Notes under the pieces: generated by a model
Told to the model about the DNA's origin: nothing
Databases searched by the model: none
Seen by the model: only the letters and a program-made list of their open reading frames with translations
Position numbers and translations under genes: made by a program
NCBI GenBank assembly: GCA_963786105.1
Contig: CAWAXX010000018.1
Span: 128,001 to 192,000, forward strand
Origin: Vulcanimicrobiota bacterium
GTDB lineage: Bacteria; Vulcanimicrobiota; Vulcanimicrobiia; Vulcanimicrobiales; Vulcanimicrobiaceae
Length of the DNA: 64,000 nt
Direction: 5' to 3'
Part shown: positions 48,339-57,089 of the stretch, piece by piece
Position numbering within the stretch: the first letter of the stretch is position 1
Layout: each line of letters starts with the position of its first letter

Positions 48339-49016
48339 TCAGTCGCCGGCGTCTTGTAGCTTGATATTCGAGAAGCCGATATTAGTCACCAGGGTCGAGC
48401 CGTCGTAGCCTAGGACCCGCATCGGCAAATGCGTCGTAGCGGACATCTGAACGACCTCGCGCGTCAGCCCGGCGCTCGCCGCGCCGGGAACCAGCGTCAA
48501 GACGTTTGCTGGGACACCGTCGATCACGGCGCCGGGAGTCAATGAAAGCCTGGCCGCTTCTTTTTGCGCGTGCGCTAAAATCGCGCCGAAGCTGAGCTGA
48601 TCGATCGACGCTCCTTGAAGCGTCGTCACGAGCGGATCGTGCAACGAAAGCGTCCTTTTGAACATGGCCATGAGTCCGGTGCCTTTGTGCGCCACTAACG
48701 TCGGGCCGCCGCTCCATTCGAGCGTAATGCCGGTGTTTGGGCCCGATACGACCTGAACCGTGACGTTCGACGGCTTACGGAACGTGTAGTCGAAGACGAC
48801 GTTTTGGCTTTGCGCGTCCTTTTGGTCGAAGATCGACACGGTCGCACTATATTTGGTGACGCCCGCTATCGCCCGCGCGAACGCGTCGAGCTCCCACTGC
48901 GCGGATCCCGCCAGTGGTTGTGCACTTGCCGGCACGCCGTTCATCCCAACAACCAAAAGCAATACGGCGAAGGTTGAGGCAATCGCCGGCCGCGCAAGCC
49001 CGCCTTGCCGTTTCAC
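48339..49016 (-). CDS. LolA-like/outer-membrane-sorting fold secreted protein
   Basis: Signal peptide; F.KP..V and FSNIKL terminal pattern. Confidence 0.6.
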   Translation of the reverse strand: MKRQGGLARPAIASTFAVLLLVVGMNGVPASAQPLAGSAQWELDAFARAIAGVTKYSATVSIFDQKDAQSQNVVFDYTFRKPSNVTVQVVSGPNTGITLEWSGGPTLVAHKGTGLMAMFKRTLSLHDPLVTTLQGASIDQLSFGAILAHAQKEAARLSLTPGAVIDGVPANVLTLVPGAASAGLTREVVQMSATTHLPMRVLGYDGSTLVTNIGFSNIKLQDAGD

Positions 49017-49133
49017 ACGACGTCCTCAAGGCCTTGGCGGTAGGGTTGGGTCACACCAGCATCTTACCTCAGCCGGCTGGGAATGCGCCCCCTTAGGCGC
49101 GCGGTATCCTTACGTTTCCATTAAATGAGCATT

Positions 49134-49206
49134 TGGAGATGAGCGGATTCGAACCGCTGACCCTCTGCTTGCAAAGCAGATGCTCTACCAACTGAGCTAC
49201 ATCCCC
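49134..49206 (-). tRNA. tRNA-Ala(TGC), no encoded CCA
   Basis: GGGGATG/CATCTCC acceptor with G3:U70; TGC anticodon. Confidence 0.96.
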
Positions 49207-49314
49207 GAGCGGCCCGGCTCTTTCGTTCTGCCATGTGAGAACCCTACTCGCTCGCGCCGGTTTGCCGCGCAACCGGAGGACTCGTGCCTAACGGCGTGAA
49301 TACGGGCGGGTCGC

Positions 49315-49390
49315 GGGGGCATAGCTCAGTTGGTAGAGCATCACGCTGGCAGCGTGAGGGTCAGGAGTTCGAGTCTCCTTGCCTCCACCA
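49315..49390 (+). tRNA. tRNA-Ala(GGC)
   Basis: GGGGGCA/TGCCTCC acceptor; GGC anticodon; encoded CCA. Confidence 0.96.
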
Positions 49391-49499
49391 TCAAAGCCGC
49401 GGTGTGCCGCGTGGGGGCTCGCCCTCCAATGGCCTTGCGAAGACGGCGCCCCGGTCAATTTTCTAAAGCCAGATTATCGCTGCCTTAGCGACAGCTAAT

Positions 49500-50519
49500 T
49501 TATTTGATCGCCATCACCTGTTGCACCGTCACCCCCGGCGCGCGATTGCCCCATGAAGACCGAATAAACGTGGCGACGGCCGCAATATCGCTGGCTGCGA
49601 GCTGCCCTCGCCAGGACGGCATGAGATTTCGACCTTGTACGATCGTCGTCAGCATGACGTTCGCATTGTCGATATTCACATGAGGATTTCCGGCAAGTGC
49701 GGGACCGACGGCACCGCCTCCGTTGGCTCCGTGGCAAGCCGCGCAATTCTTTCCGTAAACCGAAGCTCCGACTTGAGCGGAAACGGGCGTGCCGGCGGCG
49801 GCGACTTGGTCTTCCGTTACGGGTGACGCATTGTTGCCCCAAGCAGATCGGACGTAGGTTGCTACCGACGCAATGTCGGCGTTCGTCAGCTGTCCTTTCC
49901 AGGTCGGCATCGTGCTATTGTACGTTTTGCCATTGACGGTAAGTGGACCACTACGACCGTTGACGATCACCGCGATCATCGCACTCGGATCGGCGGCCGT
50001 AATCACCGCGTTTCCGGCGAGCGGCGGGAAGGTATCGGTTCCCTGCCCCGTCGCTTGATGGCATGTCGCGCAATGTGCGGCAAAGAGCGCGTCGCCGCTC
50101 AACGCTACCGGTGTCCGCGCGGCTGCAACTTGGTCGGCAGAAACCGCAGGCGCACTGTTGTTCCAAGCCGAGCGCACGTACGTCAGGACTGCCGCGATGT
50201 CCGCATCGGAAAGCTCGCGCCAGGACGGCATGTTGCCGCCGTATTGCGCTCCATTGACCGTAATGGGCCCCGTGCGCCCGTTCAGTACGATCTGAATGAC
50301 GCCGGCACTGTCGACCGCGTTGACGGCGGCGTTTCGCGCTAACGGAGGATAAGGTCCGCCACCTTGACCGTTCGCGCCGTGGCAAGCGGCGCAGTTGAGC
50401 GCGAAAATGCCCTTGCCGTCGACGGCCTGGGCGCCCATCACCTTGCCGTTGAAATGCACGAGCGCTATTGCGACGGCGACAAATCCAGCGACGTAGGCGA
50501 GCCTAACGGTGTTGCTCAA
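49500..50519 (-). CDS. Triheme c-type cytochrome (three tandem class I domains)
   Basis: CAACH, CATCH and CAACH, each followed by an MP[ST]W distal Met; N-terminal signal/anchor. Confidence 0.92.
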   Translation of the reverse strand: MSNTVRLAYVAGFVAVAIALVHFNGKVMGAQAVDGKGIFALNCAACHGANGQGGGPYPPLARNAAVNAVDSAGVIQIVLNGRTGPITVNGAQYGGNMPSWRELSDADIAAVLTYVRSAWNNSAPAVSADQVAAARTPVALSGDALFAAHCATCHQATGQGTDTFPPLAGNAVITAADPSAMIAVIVNGRSGPLTVNGKTYNSTMPTWKGQLTNADIASVATYVRSAWGNNASPVTEDQVAAAGTPVSAQVGASVYGKNCAACHGANGGGAVGPALAGNPHVNIDNANVMLTTIVQGRNLMPSWRGQLAASDIAAVATFIRSSWGNRAPGVTVQQVMAIK

Positions 50520-50582
50520 AGCACGACCTCCGTCCGGCGGGGCATTGCCCGCTCTTACGGAGGTCGGCTTCGACGATTCACA

Positions 50583-51779
50583 TCACCACCCTGTCTGTGA
50601 GAGCGGCGGCCACAGCGGACCCGTCGGAAGCGCAAACCAGATCAGCCCGTTCCAGGTCGGTTTTTGCCCAACCCCAAGCGCTTCTTCGGCGTAGACCGTA
50701 ATGAAGCGCGTCAGGTGATAAGAAACATCGATATTGCCGATCTGCGTGTGATTTCCCAAGCCGTCGTTCGTAAGCTGCTCGCCGACGGCGAGCAACGCGC
50801 GTTGACCGATGTTGTCGTAGAGTTCGTAGGAAACGCCGTTGCTGCCGGACGACGGCAAGCCCATACCGGGATTGCTGTCGTGATTCATCTGATACACGGC
50901 AAGGAAACCGGGAACGCCTTTGACGGGATCGCGTTGCGCGTAGAATCCATTGCTGTAGTATTGGTCGAATCCGCCTTCGCTCAGCGGCCACGATCCGCGT
51001 GCACCGTAGTAGCCGAACTCCAGCGGATTGCCACGGTTCGCGAACGCAAGCTTGTACTGCAGCGTCTTGTCTTGCGTCCAATCGTAAGTATTGAAGCCGT
51101 TCAAGTCGGCGCCCGACGTTACGTAGGCAATCTCTGCATCGAGCGAACCGGGCATATACGCAAACTTGTATCCCCATCGGTTCGCATCTAGCTCGTAGGC
51201 GTGTTCGCCGACGGTGATCTCGGCCTGGGAGTTGGAAGTAAGGCCTGAAACGTCGAACCACTGGCTAAACTCCGAGGGAGCCGGCACCTCGAGTTTCCCC
51301 GCAAAGATGTGCCCAGTTCCGTTGAAGAAATTATTGTAGGCAAACCAGGCCGTGTCGAGTCCGCCGGCCTGGCTCGATTGCCAAATCCATTGCTGGATGT
51401 GATACGTCCATTCGCTGTTGGGCGTTCCGAACGCGCCGTCGGCGTGCAAGCCGAGACTGCCGATGTCCCAGGATGCGGCGTTTGGCGCTTGCTGCGAGTA
51501 GCTCACCGGATAGTCGACCCAAATAGGCGACTCACGCTCCAACACGTGAGGGTTCAATCCCGAATATCCCGTACGCTGGACATACCGGCCATAGGCATTG
51601 AGCGCTGGGATTTGAACGTGACATTCCGAACACGCTACGCCATAGGCTTGCGCAAAATTGGGCATCGCCTGCGCGGGTCGGCTCGTGACGAGCGCGACCA
51701 CCGTTATGGCAACGGCGACCGCGCTGAAAAGACCTAAACTGGTAGTGACGACCATCTCGCACGTGGATCTGACTGGCAT
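50583..51779 (-). CDS. Cyc2-like fused monoheme cytochrome-porin
   Basis: After signal AQA: MPNFAQAYGVACSECHVQIPALNAYGRYVQRTGY, then an aromatic-rich beta-strand domain; GGAGG RBS. Confidence 0.72.
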   Translation of the reverse strand: MPVRSTCEMVVTTSLGLFSAVAVAITVVALVTSRPAQAMPNFAQAYGVACSECHVQIPALNAYGRYVQRTGYSGLNPHVLERESPIWVDYPVSYSQQAPNAASWDIGSLGLHADGAFGTPNSEWTYHIQQWIWQSSQAGGLDTAWFAYNNFFNGTGHIFAGKLEVPAPSEFSQWFDVSGLTSNSQAEITVGEHAYELDANRWGYKFAYMPGSLDAEIAYVTSGADLNGFNTYDWTQDKTLQYKLAFANRGNPLEFGYYGARGSWPLSEGGFDQYYSNGFYAQRDPVKGVPGFLAVYQMNHDSNPGMGLPSSGSNGVSYELYDNIGQRALLAVGEQLTNDGLGNHTQIGNIDVSYHLTRFITVYAEEALGVGQKPTWNGLIWFALPTGPLWPPLSQTGW

Positions 51780-51919
51780 CGCCACCCTCCTCGAGAGCGT
51801 CGCGGGATCCCGCTGGCCTTTGTTTCTGGGAACAAATCCTACGTCCACGGCCTCTATCCTTCCCGAAGCGAACGGAGCTGGCGCTCATGCCGGTGGAAAT
51901 CCGAACGCGGCGCACGCCG

Positions 51920-52276
51920 TCAGGGCAAAACGTTCACCGTCAGCGTCATGTCAGCATGTCCGGCGCCACACATGATCGCGCAGTGCAAGACGTATTTGCC
52001 GGCTTTCTTCGGCGTGATGGTTACCGTCGTGGACTGTCCGGGAGTGATGGCCGTTTGCGGGATGCCGAGGTCGTCGGATTTGAGCCCGTGTACGCCTTCG
52101 CTCGACGTCAGTCGAATGGTCGTGGTTTCCCCGGCGTGAAGCTCGATCGTCGAGGGGGTGAACTTCCAATTCGAGGCAACGACGTCGATGCTGGGATGCG
52201 CGGCCGCCGCTGCGCCGCCCGCGAGGATGGCAATCGCCGCCAAAGATATGAGGCCAAGAAGTCTGGTACGCAACAT
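51920..52276 (-). CDS. Periplasmic cupredoxin with CuA motif
   Basis: GVHG...CAIMCGAGHADM (H, C-x3-C-x3-H-x2-M); signal peptide; AAGGAG RBS. Confidence 0.88.
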   Translation of the reverse strand: MLRTRLLGLISLAAIAILAGGAAAAAHPSIDVVASNWKFTPSTIELHAGETTTIRLTSSEGVHGLKSDDLGIPQTAITPGQSTTVTITPKKAGKYVLHCAIMCGAGHADMTLTVNVLP

Positions 52277-52379
52277 ACTCTGATATTCTCCTTACAGCAT
52301 CTAGTGTACTGCGACCCTAGAACCGAGACGCCAACTTAAGTTGGGTTCTCGCGACGAAAGGACGTTTCCGCCGAACGGG

Positions 52380-52571
52380 TCATCGCGTCTCAGCGCCGCG
52401 GACCTCAGGAAGCGTGGCGAAGCCACCCGGGAGACGGGCTGGATCGGTCGTAAACACGTGCACGGCCTGGATGGTGGCTTGCAATTGTTCGGCAAGCCGT
52501 GCACTAAACGTCAGAGCGCACGTCGCTGCTTCAGAGCCGTCAACGTCGACCGCGATTCTCTCAAGCTTCAT
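52380..52571 (-). pseudogene. Truncated universal stress protein fragment
   Basis: RIAVDVDGSEAA..AL..SARLA....IQAVHV is a Usp N-terminal half only. Confidence 0.6.
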
Positions 52572-52844
52572 AAGCCGTGCTCCTGGACGAACGATTTCGG
52601 ATACGCCCTTCATCGCTTAACTCTGTTGTCTTGATCGAGCATTACCCGATTTCCCGTCCTACAATTAAACGCGATGGTGGGCACGTCGAGTCGCGTCACC
52701 CTCCTCTCCGAGCCCGGTATCGCAACGAAACCCTTCGCGGGAACGCGCGTCGACCTCGCCTCGTTCACGACTCCTGATGACTCGAAGTCGTGCGTAAAAC
52801 AATGTGGCAGTAACCCCTAGGGGGGCGGCGAAGATCGTCGCTGG

Positions 52845-53324
52845 ATGAGACTCTACGTCGCTGCCGCACTCGCCGCTCTTGCGCTTACTACTATCGTTGG
52901 TAGCGCGCAAGGATCCGCTCCCACCGCCGACCCGCTCGTGGCCCGTGGACGCTATCTCGTCGCGTTCGGGACGTGCAACGACTGTCATACGCCCGGTTGG
53001 AGAGAATCCGACGGAACTGTTCCTGCTACGCGGTGGATGACCGGTGGAACGCTCGGCTATCGTGGGCCGTGGGGCACCAGCTATCCAGCGAACGTGCGTC
53101 TGGAGTTCCAGCGGATTTCGGAAGCGGATTGGCTCTTCATGGTTCGCACGCGCGGCGGGCACTGGCCCATGGTCTGGCACGATCTTCGAGCGCTCAACGA
53201 CGACGACCGTCGAGCAATCTATCGCTTCGTCAGGAGCTTGGGTCCGCGTGGTTCGCAAACGCCAGCGGACTTGCCACCCGGAATCGAGCCATCCACGCCT
53301 TACGTCTGGGTCGTGCCGCACTAG
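52845..53324 (+). CDS. Monoheme c-type cytochrome
   Basis: RGRYLV..GTCNDCHTP, GPWGTSYP.N and PM motifs; signal peptide. Confidence 0.88.
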   Translation: MRLYVAAALAALALTTIVGSAQGSAPTADPLVARGRYLVAFGTCNDCHTPGWRESDGTVPATRWMTGGTLGYRGPWGTSYPANVRLEFQRISEADWLFMVRTRGGHWPMVWHDLRALNDDDRRAIYRFVRSLGPRGSQTPADLPPGIEPSTPYVWVVPH

Positions 53325-53407
53325 ATACGCCGGCTGGCCAAGATTTCGAGAAGCTGCGGCTGCTCTATCTTCCCGAAAGATTCCCGCGCGCGCTATACTG
53401 TGAAGCC

Positions 53408-53845
53408 GTGTTCAAGAATATCGTCGTCGCCCTCAACGATTCAGCTTGCGCGATGAAAGCTTTCCAGCTCGCTCTTACGCTCGGCCACCATGAAGGAGCG
53501 AGCATCGCCGTCTGCAACGTCGTCGATCCCAAGTCGGCCATGTGGAGTTCGGCGACGCCGGCCGCGGAAGGCGCGCTTGCTCAGGCCGAAGAGCTCGCCC
53601 GCCGAATCGTCGCCGAGGCCCTAAAGCAGGCTCAAGTCGCCGGTCTCATGGCGGAGGGCAAGGTGCGCGCGGGCGATCCGGCCGAGCAAATCGTCGCTTA
53701 TGCACTCGAGGTTCGCGCCGATGCAATCGTGATGGGCACCCATGGCTGGTCGGGAATCAAAAACTTCGTCATGGGCAGCGTGGCAGAATCCGTCTTGCGT
53801 ACGGCGCCGTGTCCAGTTATCGTCGTTCGCGATCAAGCACCGTAA
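53408..53845 (+). CDS. Universal stress protein
   Basis: FKNIVVA.ND, GDPAEQI, IVMGTHG and GSVAESVLR..PCPVIVVR motifs. Confidence 0.9.
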   Translation: MFKNIVVALNDSACAMKAFQLALTLGHHEGASIAVCNVVDPKSAMWSSATPAAEGALAQAEELARRIVAEALKQAQVAGLMAEGKVRAGDPAEQIVAYALEVRADAIVMGTHGWSGIKNFVMGSVAESVLRTAPCPVIVVRDQAP

Positions 53846-53992
53846 TGGGATCGGCGCAAAAACAGTGCCACGCGACGCCTTTGCCAGTTGTCACAGGCTG
53901 TTCGTCGCGGGTTCCCGAAAACGAGCCCATGTTCTGAATGGCTCGAGGTCAAAAGGCGTAAGAGTGGCGCCGTTTGAAAGGACGATACTTGC

Positions 53993-54484
53993 ATGAGTAG
54001 GCTAAGAGAATCGATTGATGTAGACTGCCCTGCTCACTACCTCATTCATCACGCCGAGCGGTACCTTACCGTTCACCGCCGCGGCCAGACGCCTGGAACG
54101 TTCAGCCTCGTCGTCGACATGTCCAAAGTCGGTCTTCCCGGAAAGGTGCAGGCACGTCACGACGTGCGGGTACGATACAAAATCTCGGAAGAGGCCCACC
54201 GCCAGGACGTCATCGCTTTGACGTGGGATCCGGACGACCGGTTCGTTCCGAAGTTTGCCGGCGTTTTATCTGGCGAACGCTTAGAGGGCGGAGGATCACG
54301 CTTGACTCTCGCTGGCGAATACGATGTGCCCCTTGGACGTGTGGGCGTCGTCTTCGATGTCATTCTGGGTCGTCGGATCGGGGCGGAGACGGCCAACGCG
54401 CTCTTACAAGACATGAAGAATTTCATCGAGTCGGATTATCGAATTGCGCTGTCGACGTCGCTCGCTTCGTCGCCAAAGGAATAA
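53993..54484 (+). CDS. Hypothetical protein (SRPBCC/START-like)
   Basis: P.F.G.L, L.GEY..PLG..G..FD...GRRI pattern. Confidence 0.6.
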   Translation: MSRLRESIDVDCPAHYLIHHAERYLTVHRRGQTPGTFSLVVDMSKVGLPGKVQARHDVRVRYKISEEAHRQDVIALTWDPDDRFVPKFAGVLSGERLEGGGSRLTLAGEYDVPLGRVGVVFDVILGRRIGAETANALLQDMKNFIESDYRIALSTSLASSPKE

Positions 54485-54579
54485 GCTTCGGGGCCTACTA
54501 GGATGCGGCCATCCCTTCTTCGGCCCAGCGTGGCTCTAGGAGCCGCGATCCGGAGGTCGAGTCTCCTTGCCTCCATCAA

Positions 54580-54928
54580 CAAAAGGGTCGTCCGGTTTTT
54601 TTGGGTACCGGCGGTGTAGCGCGACAATCGCGGCGCTTCGGGAGCGGCGCCGCCGGTGTATCCGGGCGCAACGCAAAGCACGCGACCGGACGGCGTGGCC
54701 GCTGGAGCACCTCGGGAAGCTCAGGCCTACGCTACTGCGGACGACTTTGCAAAAGTCCGAAGCCGGGTATAGGCAAACCTCAAAGGCGCTCCGGAACTCG
54801 GCGCGCCCGACAACGACAAGACGAAGGACGTATTCCTGGTTGGTCAGGGCAAGACCGGACTGGTTGTGATGCTCCAGAGCGCCGGCGGCCAGACGTGGAT
54901 CGTCATAGGACCAGGTTTCCCGAAATAG
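54580..54928 (+). pseudogene. Degraded small secreted-protein gene
   Basis: Frame AAPPVYPGATQ...YATADDFAKV has an internal TAG at 54770-72 and continues to a stop at 54928; 5' end lost at the island boundary. Confidence 0.5.
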
Positions 54929-54960
54929 CGAATCGGCATCTTCGTGCTATAGTGGGCGCG

Positions 54961-55320
54961 GGGAGCGCGCTTGATGATCGCGCCCGCAAGGGTGAGGAAA
55001 GTCCGGGCTTCACGGGGCAGGGTGCAGGATAACGTCCTGTCGGGGCGACTCGAAGGAAAGTGCCACAGAAACACACCGCCCCTCGTTTCGGCGGGGAGTA
55101 AGGGTGAAATCGTGAGGTAAGAGCTCACGGAGCACCGCGGTGACGCGGGCTCGGGTAAACCCCACTCGAAGCAAGACCGCTCGATCCCTCGCGAGAGGCG
55201 GACGGCCCGTCCGACCGAGCAACGTCGCGCCGAGGTGCGCGGTAACGCGCATCCCAGATAGATGGTCATCCCTCGCGCTTGGTCGCGGGGACAGAATCCG
55301 GCTTACCGGCGCGCCTCCCC
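54961..55320 (+). ncRNA. rnpB: RNase P RNA (type A)
   Basis: GAGGAAAGTCCGGGC, GGAAAGTGCCACAGAAA, GGTAAACCCC and ACAGAATCCGGCTTA conserved blocks; terminal stem. Confidence 0.97.
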
Positions 55321-55428
55321 AGTTTCTCTGTTGCGCCCGTGCAACTCCATGGGCCCCCGAGCCCGTCTCAGCGAATGATTACCGCGACGGCGCCAGTCGC
55401 CGCCTAACAGGAGACCCGTACAACCATC

Positions 55429-55833
55429 GTGAGCGAACAGCACTTTACCCCGGAAATGACCGTCGACCAGGCATTTCGACTGCACGCCGGAGCCCGGCGC
55501 GTCTTTGCGCGCTTTCATCTCGGCGGCTGCTCGAACTGCGCCATCAGCGAAACGCACACGATCGGCGCCGTGAGCGAAGACTACGGCATTCCGCTGCCGA
55601 TGTTGCTCGAAAGCCTGAACGAGCTCTTCGACCAAGGAACGCTGACCGTCGGCGATCGCGTCCGGATTCCCGACGAAATACGCGCGAAGATCCCGCAGCT
55701 CGCCGACGTTCCGGAGATCGGCCAGATCACCGGCGTCGAGAGCGGTGCGTACACTGCGGAGTTCGGAGAAGTTCGATTGCAAGGACTCGCCGAGGACTTT
55801 GTTCCTGTCGAGGCGAGCGCCTCAGTCGGTTAA
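55429..55833 (+). CDS. DUF1858-like CxxC domain plus small SH3/KOW-like domain
   Basis: VFARFHLGGCSNC...TI..V...YGI....LL..LN pattern; GGAG RBS. Confidence 0.6.
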   Translation: MSEQHFTPEMTVDQAFRLHAGARRVFARFHLGGCSNCAISETHTIGAVSEDYGIPLPMLLESLNELFDQGTLTVGDRVRIPDEIRAKIPQLADVPEIGQITGVESGAYTAEFGEVRLQGLAEDFVPVEASASVG

Positions 55834-56231
55834 TCGCCGATCGGCTTACGAGCGGCAAACCCTTCGTCGGGCCCATGCCAGTGGGCAACCGATGCCTCGC
55901 CGGCTTTCCAGCAAAGGTAGATTGGCTCGCCGTCGCGACTCGACGGGAAATCGATGAGACCGAGATCGATGTCCTTGACGACACACCCGAATGACTCGAT
56001 CCTATGGATCAGCCGGTGGATTTCGAGTTTTAGCTCGCCGAAGCGCGGCGGCGGAAACGGCGACCGAACGCCGGCCAGGCGCGGAGCGCGCGGCTGTTCG
56101 GCGTGGTGCAGCGCCGGGTCCGACTCGAGGAGTTTGATCGCGAGCCTGCTACGCTTCGCGAGCAACTCGTCGAGTAGCGGTGCGAGTTTGGGAAGCAGCG
56201 CGTTCGCGCGATCGGGTGAAAAAAGCTTCAT
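55830..56231 (-). CDS. DUF2203 family protein
   Basis: ANALLP, VKDIDLGLIDFP, YLCWK.GE..V.HWH..EGFAARKP motifs. Confidence 0.88.
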   Translation of the reverse strand: MKLFSPDRANALLPKLAPLLDELLAKRSRLAIKLLESDPALHHAEQPRAPRLAGVRSPFPPPRFGELKLEIHRLIHRIESFGCVVKDIDLGLIDFPSSRDGEPIYLCWKAGEASVAHWHGPDEGFAARKPIGD

Positions 56232-57089
56232 ATGAATCCGCCGCGTGTCGTCTTCGTCGCCGGACCATCCGGCGCCGGCCAAAGTCAAGCAATGAAATCG
56301 TTCGAAGACTTGGGCTTTTACTGCATCGAACACCTTCCTCCCATGATGCTCGACGCAGGCATCGAGTCGCTGGCTCGCGCCGGGATTCGAGATATCGCCA
56401 TCGCGCTCGACGTGCGTGCCGGGCGCAACCTCGGCGATCCCTTCGCGGCGATCGACGAGGGGATTCGCAAGCACGGCGCGCGGTTGCTGTTTCTCGATTC
56501 CCAGGACGGCGTTCTGGTGCGGCGGTTCAGCGCGACGCGACGACGCCATCCATTCTACCAAGCCGGCTCCCTGCACGAAGCCATCGTCGCCGATCGGCGC
56601 ATGCTCGCGCCGCTGCGTGAACGCGCGGCCGTCGTCATCGACACGAGCGCGCTCACCCACGCCGCGCTTAAGGAACGAATCGCCGCGGCGTTCGCTTCCG
56701 AACGCCCGGTCAGCCTATCGGTCACCGTCGTCGCTTTTGGGTTCAAATATGGCCTGCCGACCGATCTCGATCTGCTCTTCGACGTACGCTTTCTGCGAAA
56801 TCCGAACTACGTTACCGAACTAACGCCTTTGACGGGTGACGACGCCGCCGTCGCCGCATTTATCGAAGATGACGCCGCGCTCGAGCCGTTTTTGGACAAG
56901 ACCGCGGATCTGCTCGCCTTTCTTCTTCCACACTACATGGCCGAGGGAAAAACGCAGCTTACGGTCGGCGTCGGTTGCACCGGCGGACGCCATCGGTCGG
57001 TCTACGTCGCGCGACGCCTGCTCCAACGGTTTGCCGGTAACCCGCAGCTCGAGCTTCGGTTCGAGGCCCGCGATCTCGGGCGATCGTGA
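56232..57089 (+). CDS. rapZ: RNase adapter RapZ/YvcJ
   Basis: GPSGAGQS P-loop, RRF..TRRRHP, FGFKYG, FDVRFL.NP and GCTGGRHRSV motifs. Confidence 0.93.
   Translation: MNPPRVVFVAGPSGAGQSQAMKSFEDLGFYCIEHLPPMMLDAGIESLARAGIRDIAIALDVRAGRNLGDPFAAIDEGIRKHGARLLFLDSQDGVLVRRFSATRRRHPFYQAGSLHEAIVADRRMLAPLRERAAVVIDTSALTHAALKERIAAAFASERPVSLSVTVVAFGFKYGLPTDLDLLFDVRFLRNPNYVTELTPLTGDDAAVAAFIEDDAALEPFLDKTADLLAFLLPHYMAEGKTQLTVGVGCTGGRHRSVYVARRLLQRFAGNPQLELRFEARDLGRS

Larger units (their letters stand above)
49364..54578. mobile_element. tRNA-Ala-integrated genomic island remnant (no integrase)
   Basis: Direct repeat GGAGTTCGAGTCTCCTTGCCTCCACCA (49364-49390) vs GGAGGTCGAGTCTCCTTGCCTCCATCA (54552-54578). Confidence 0.8.
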
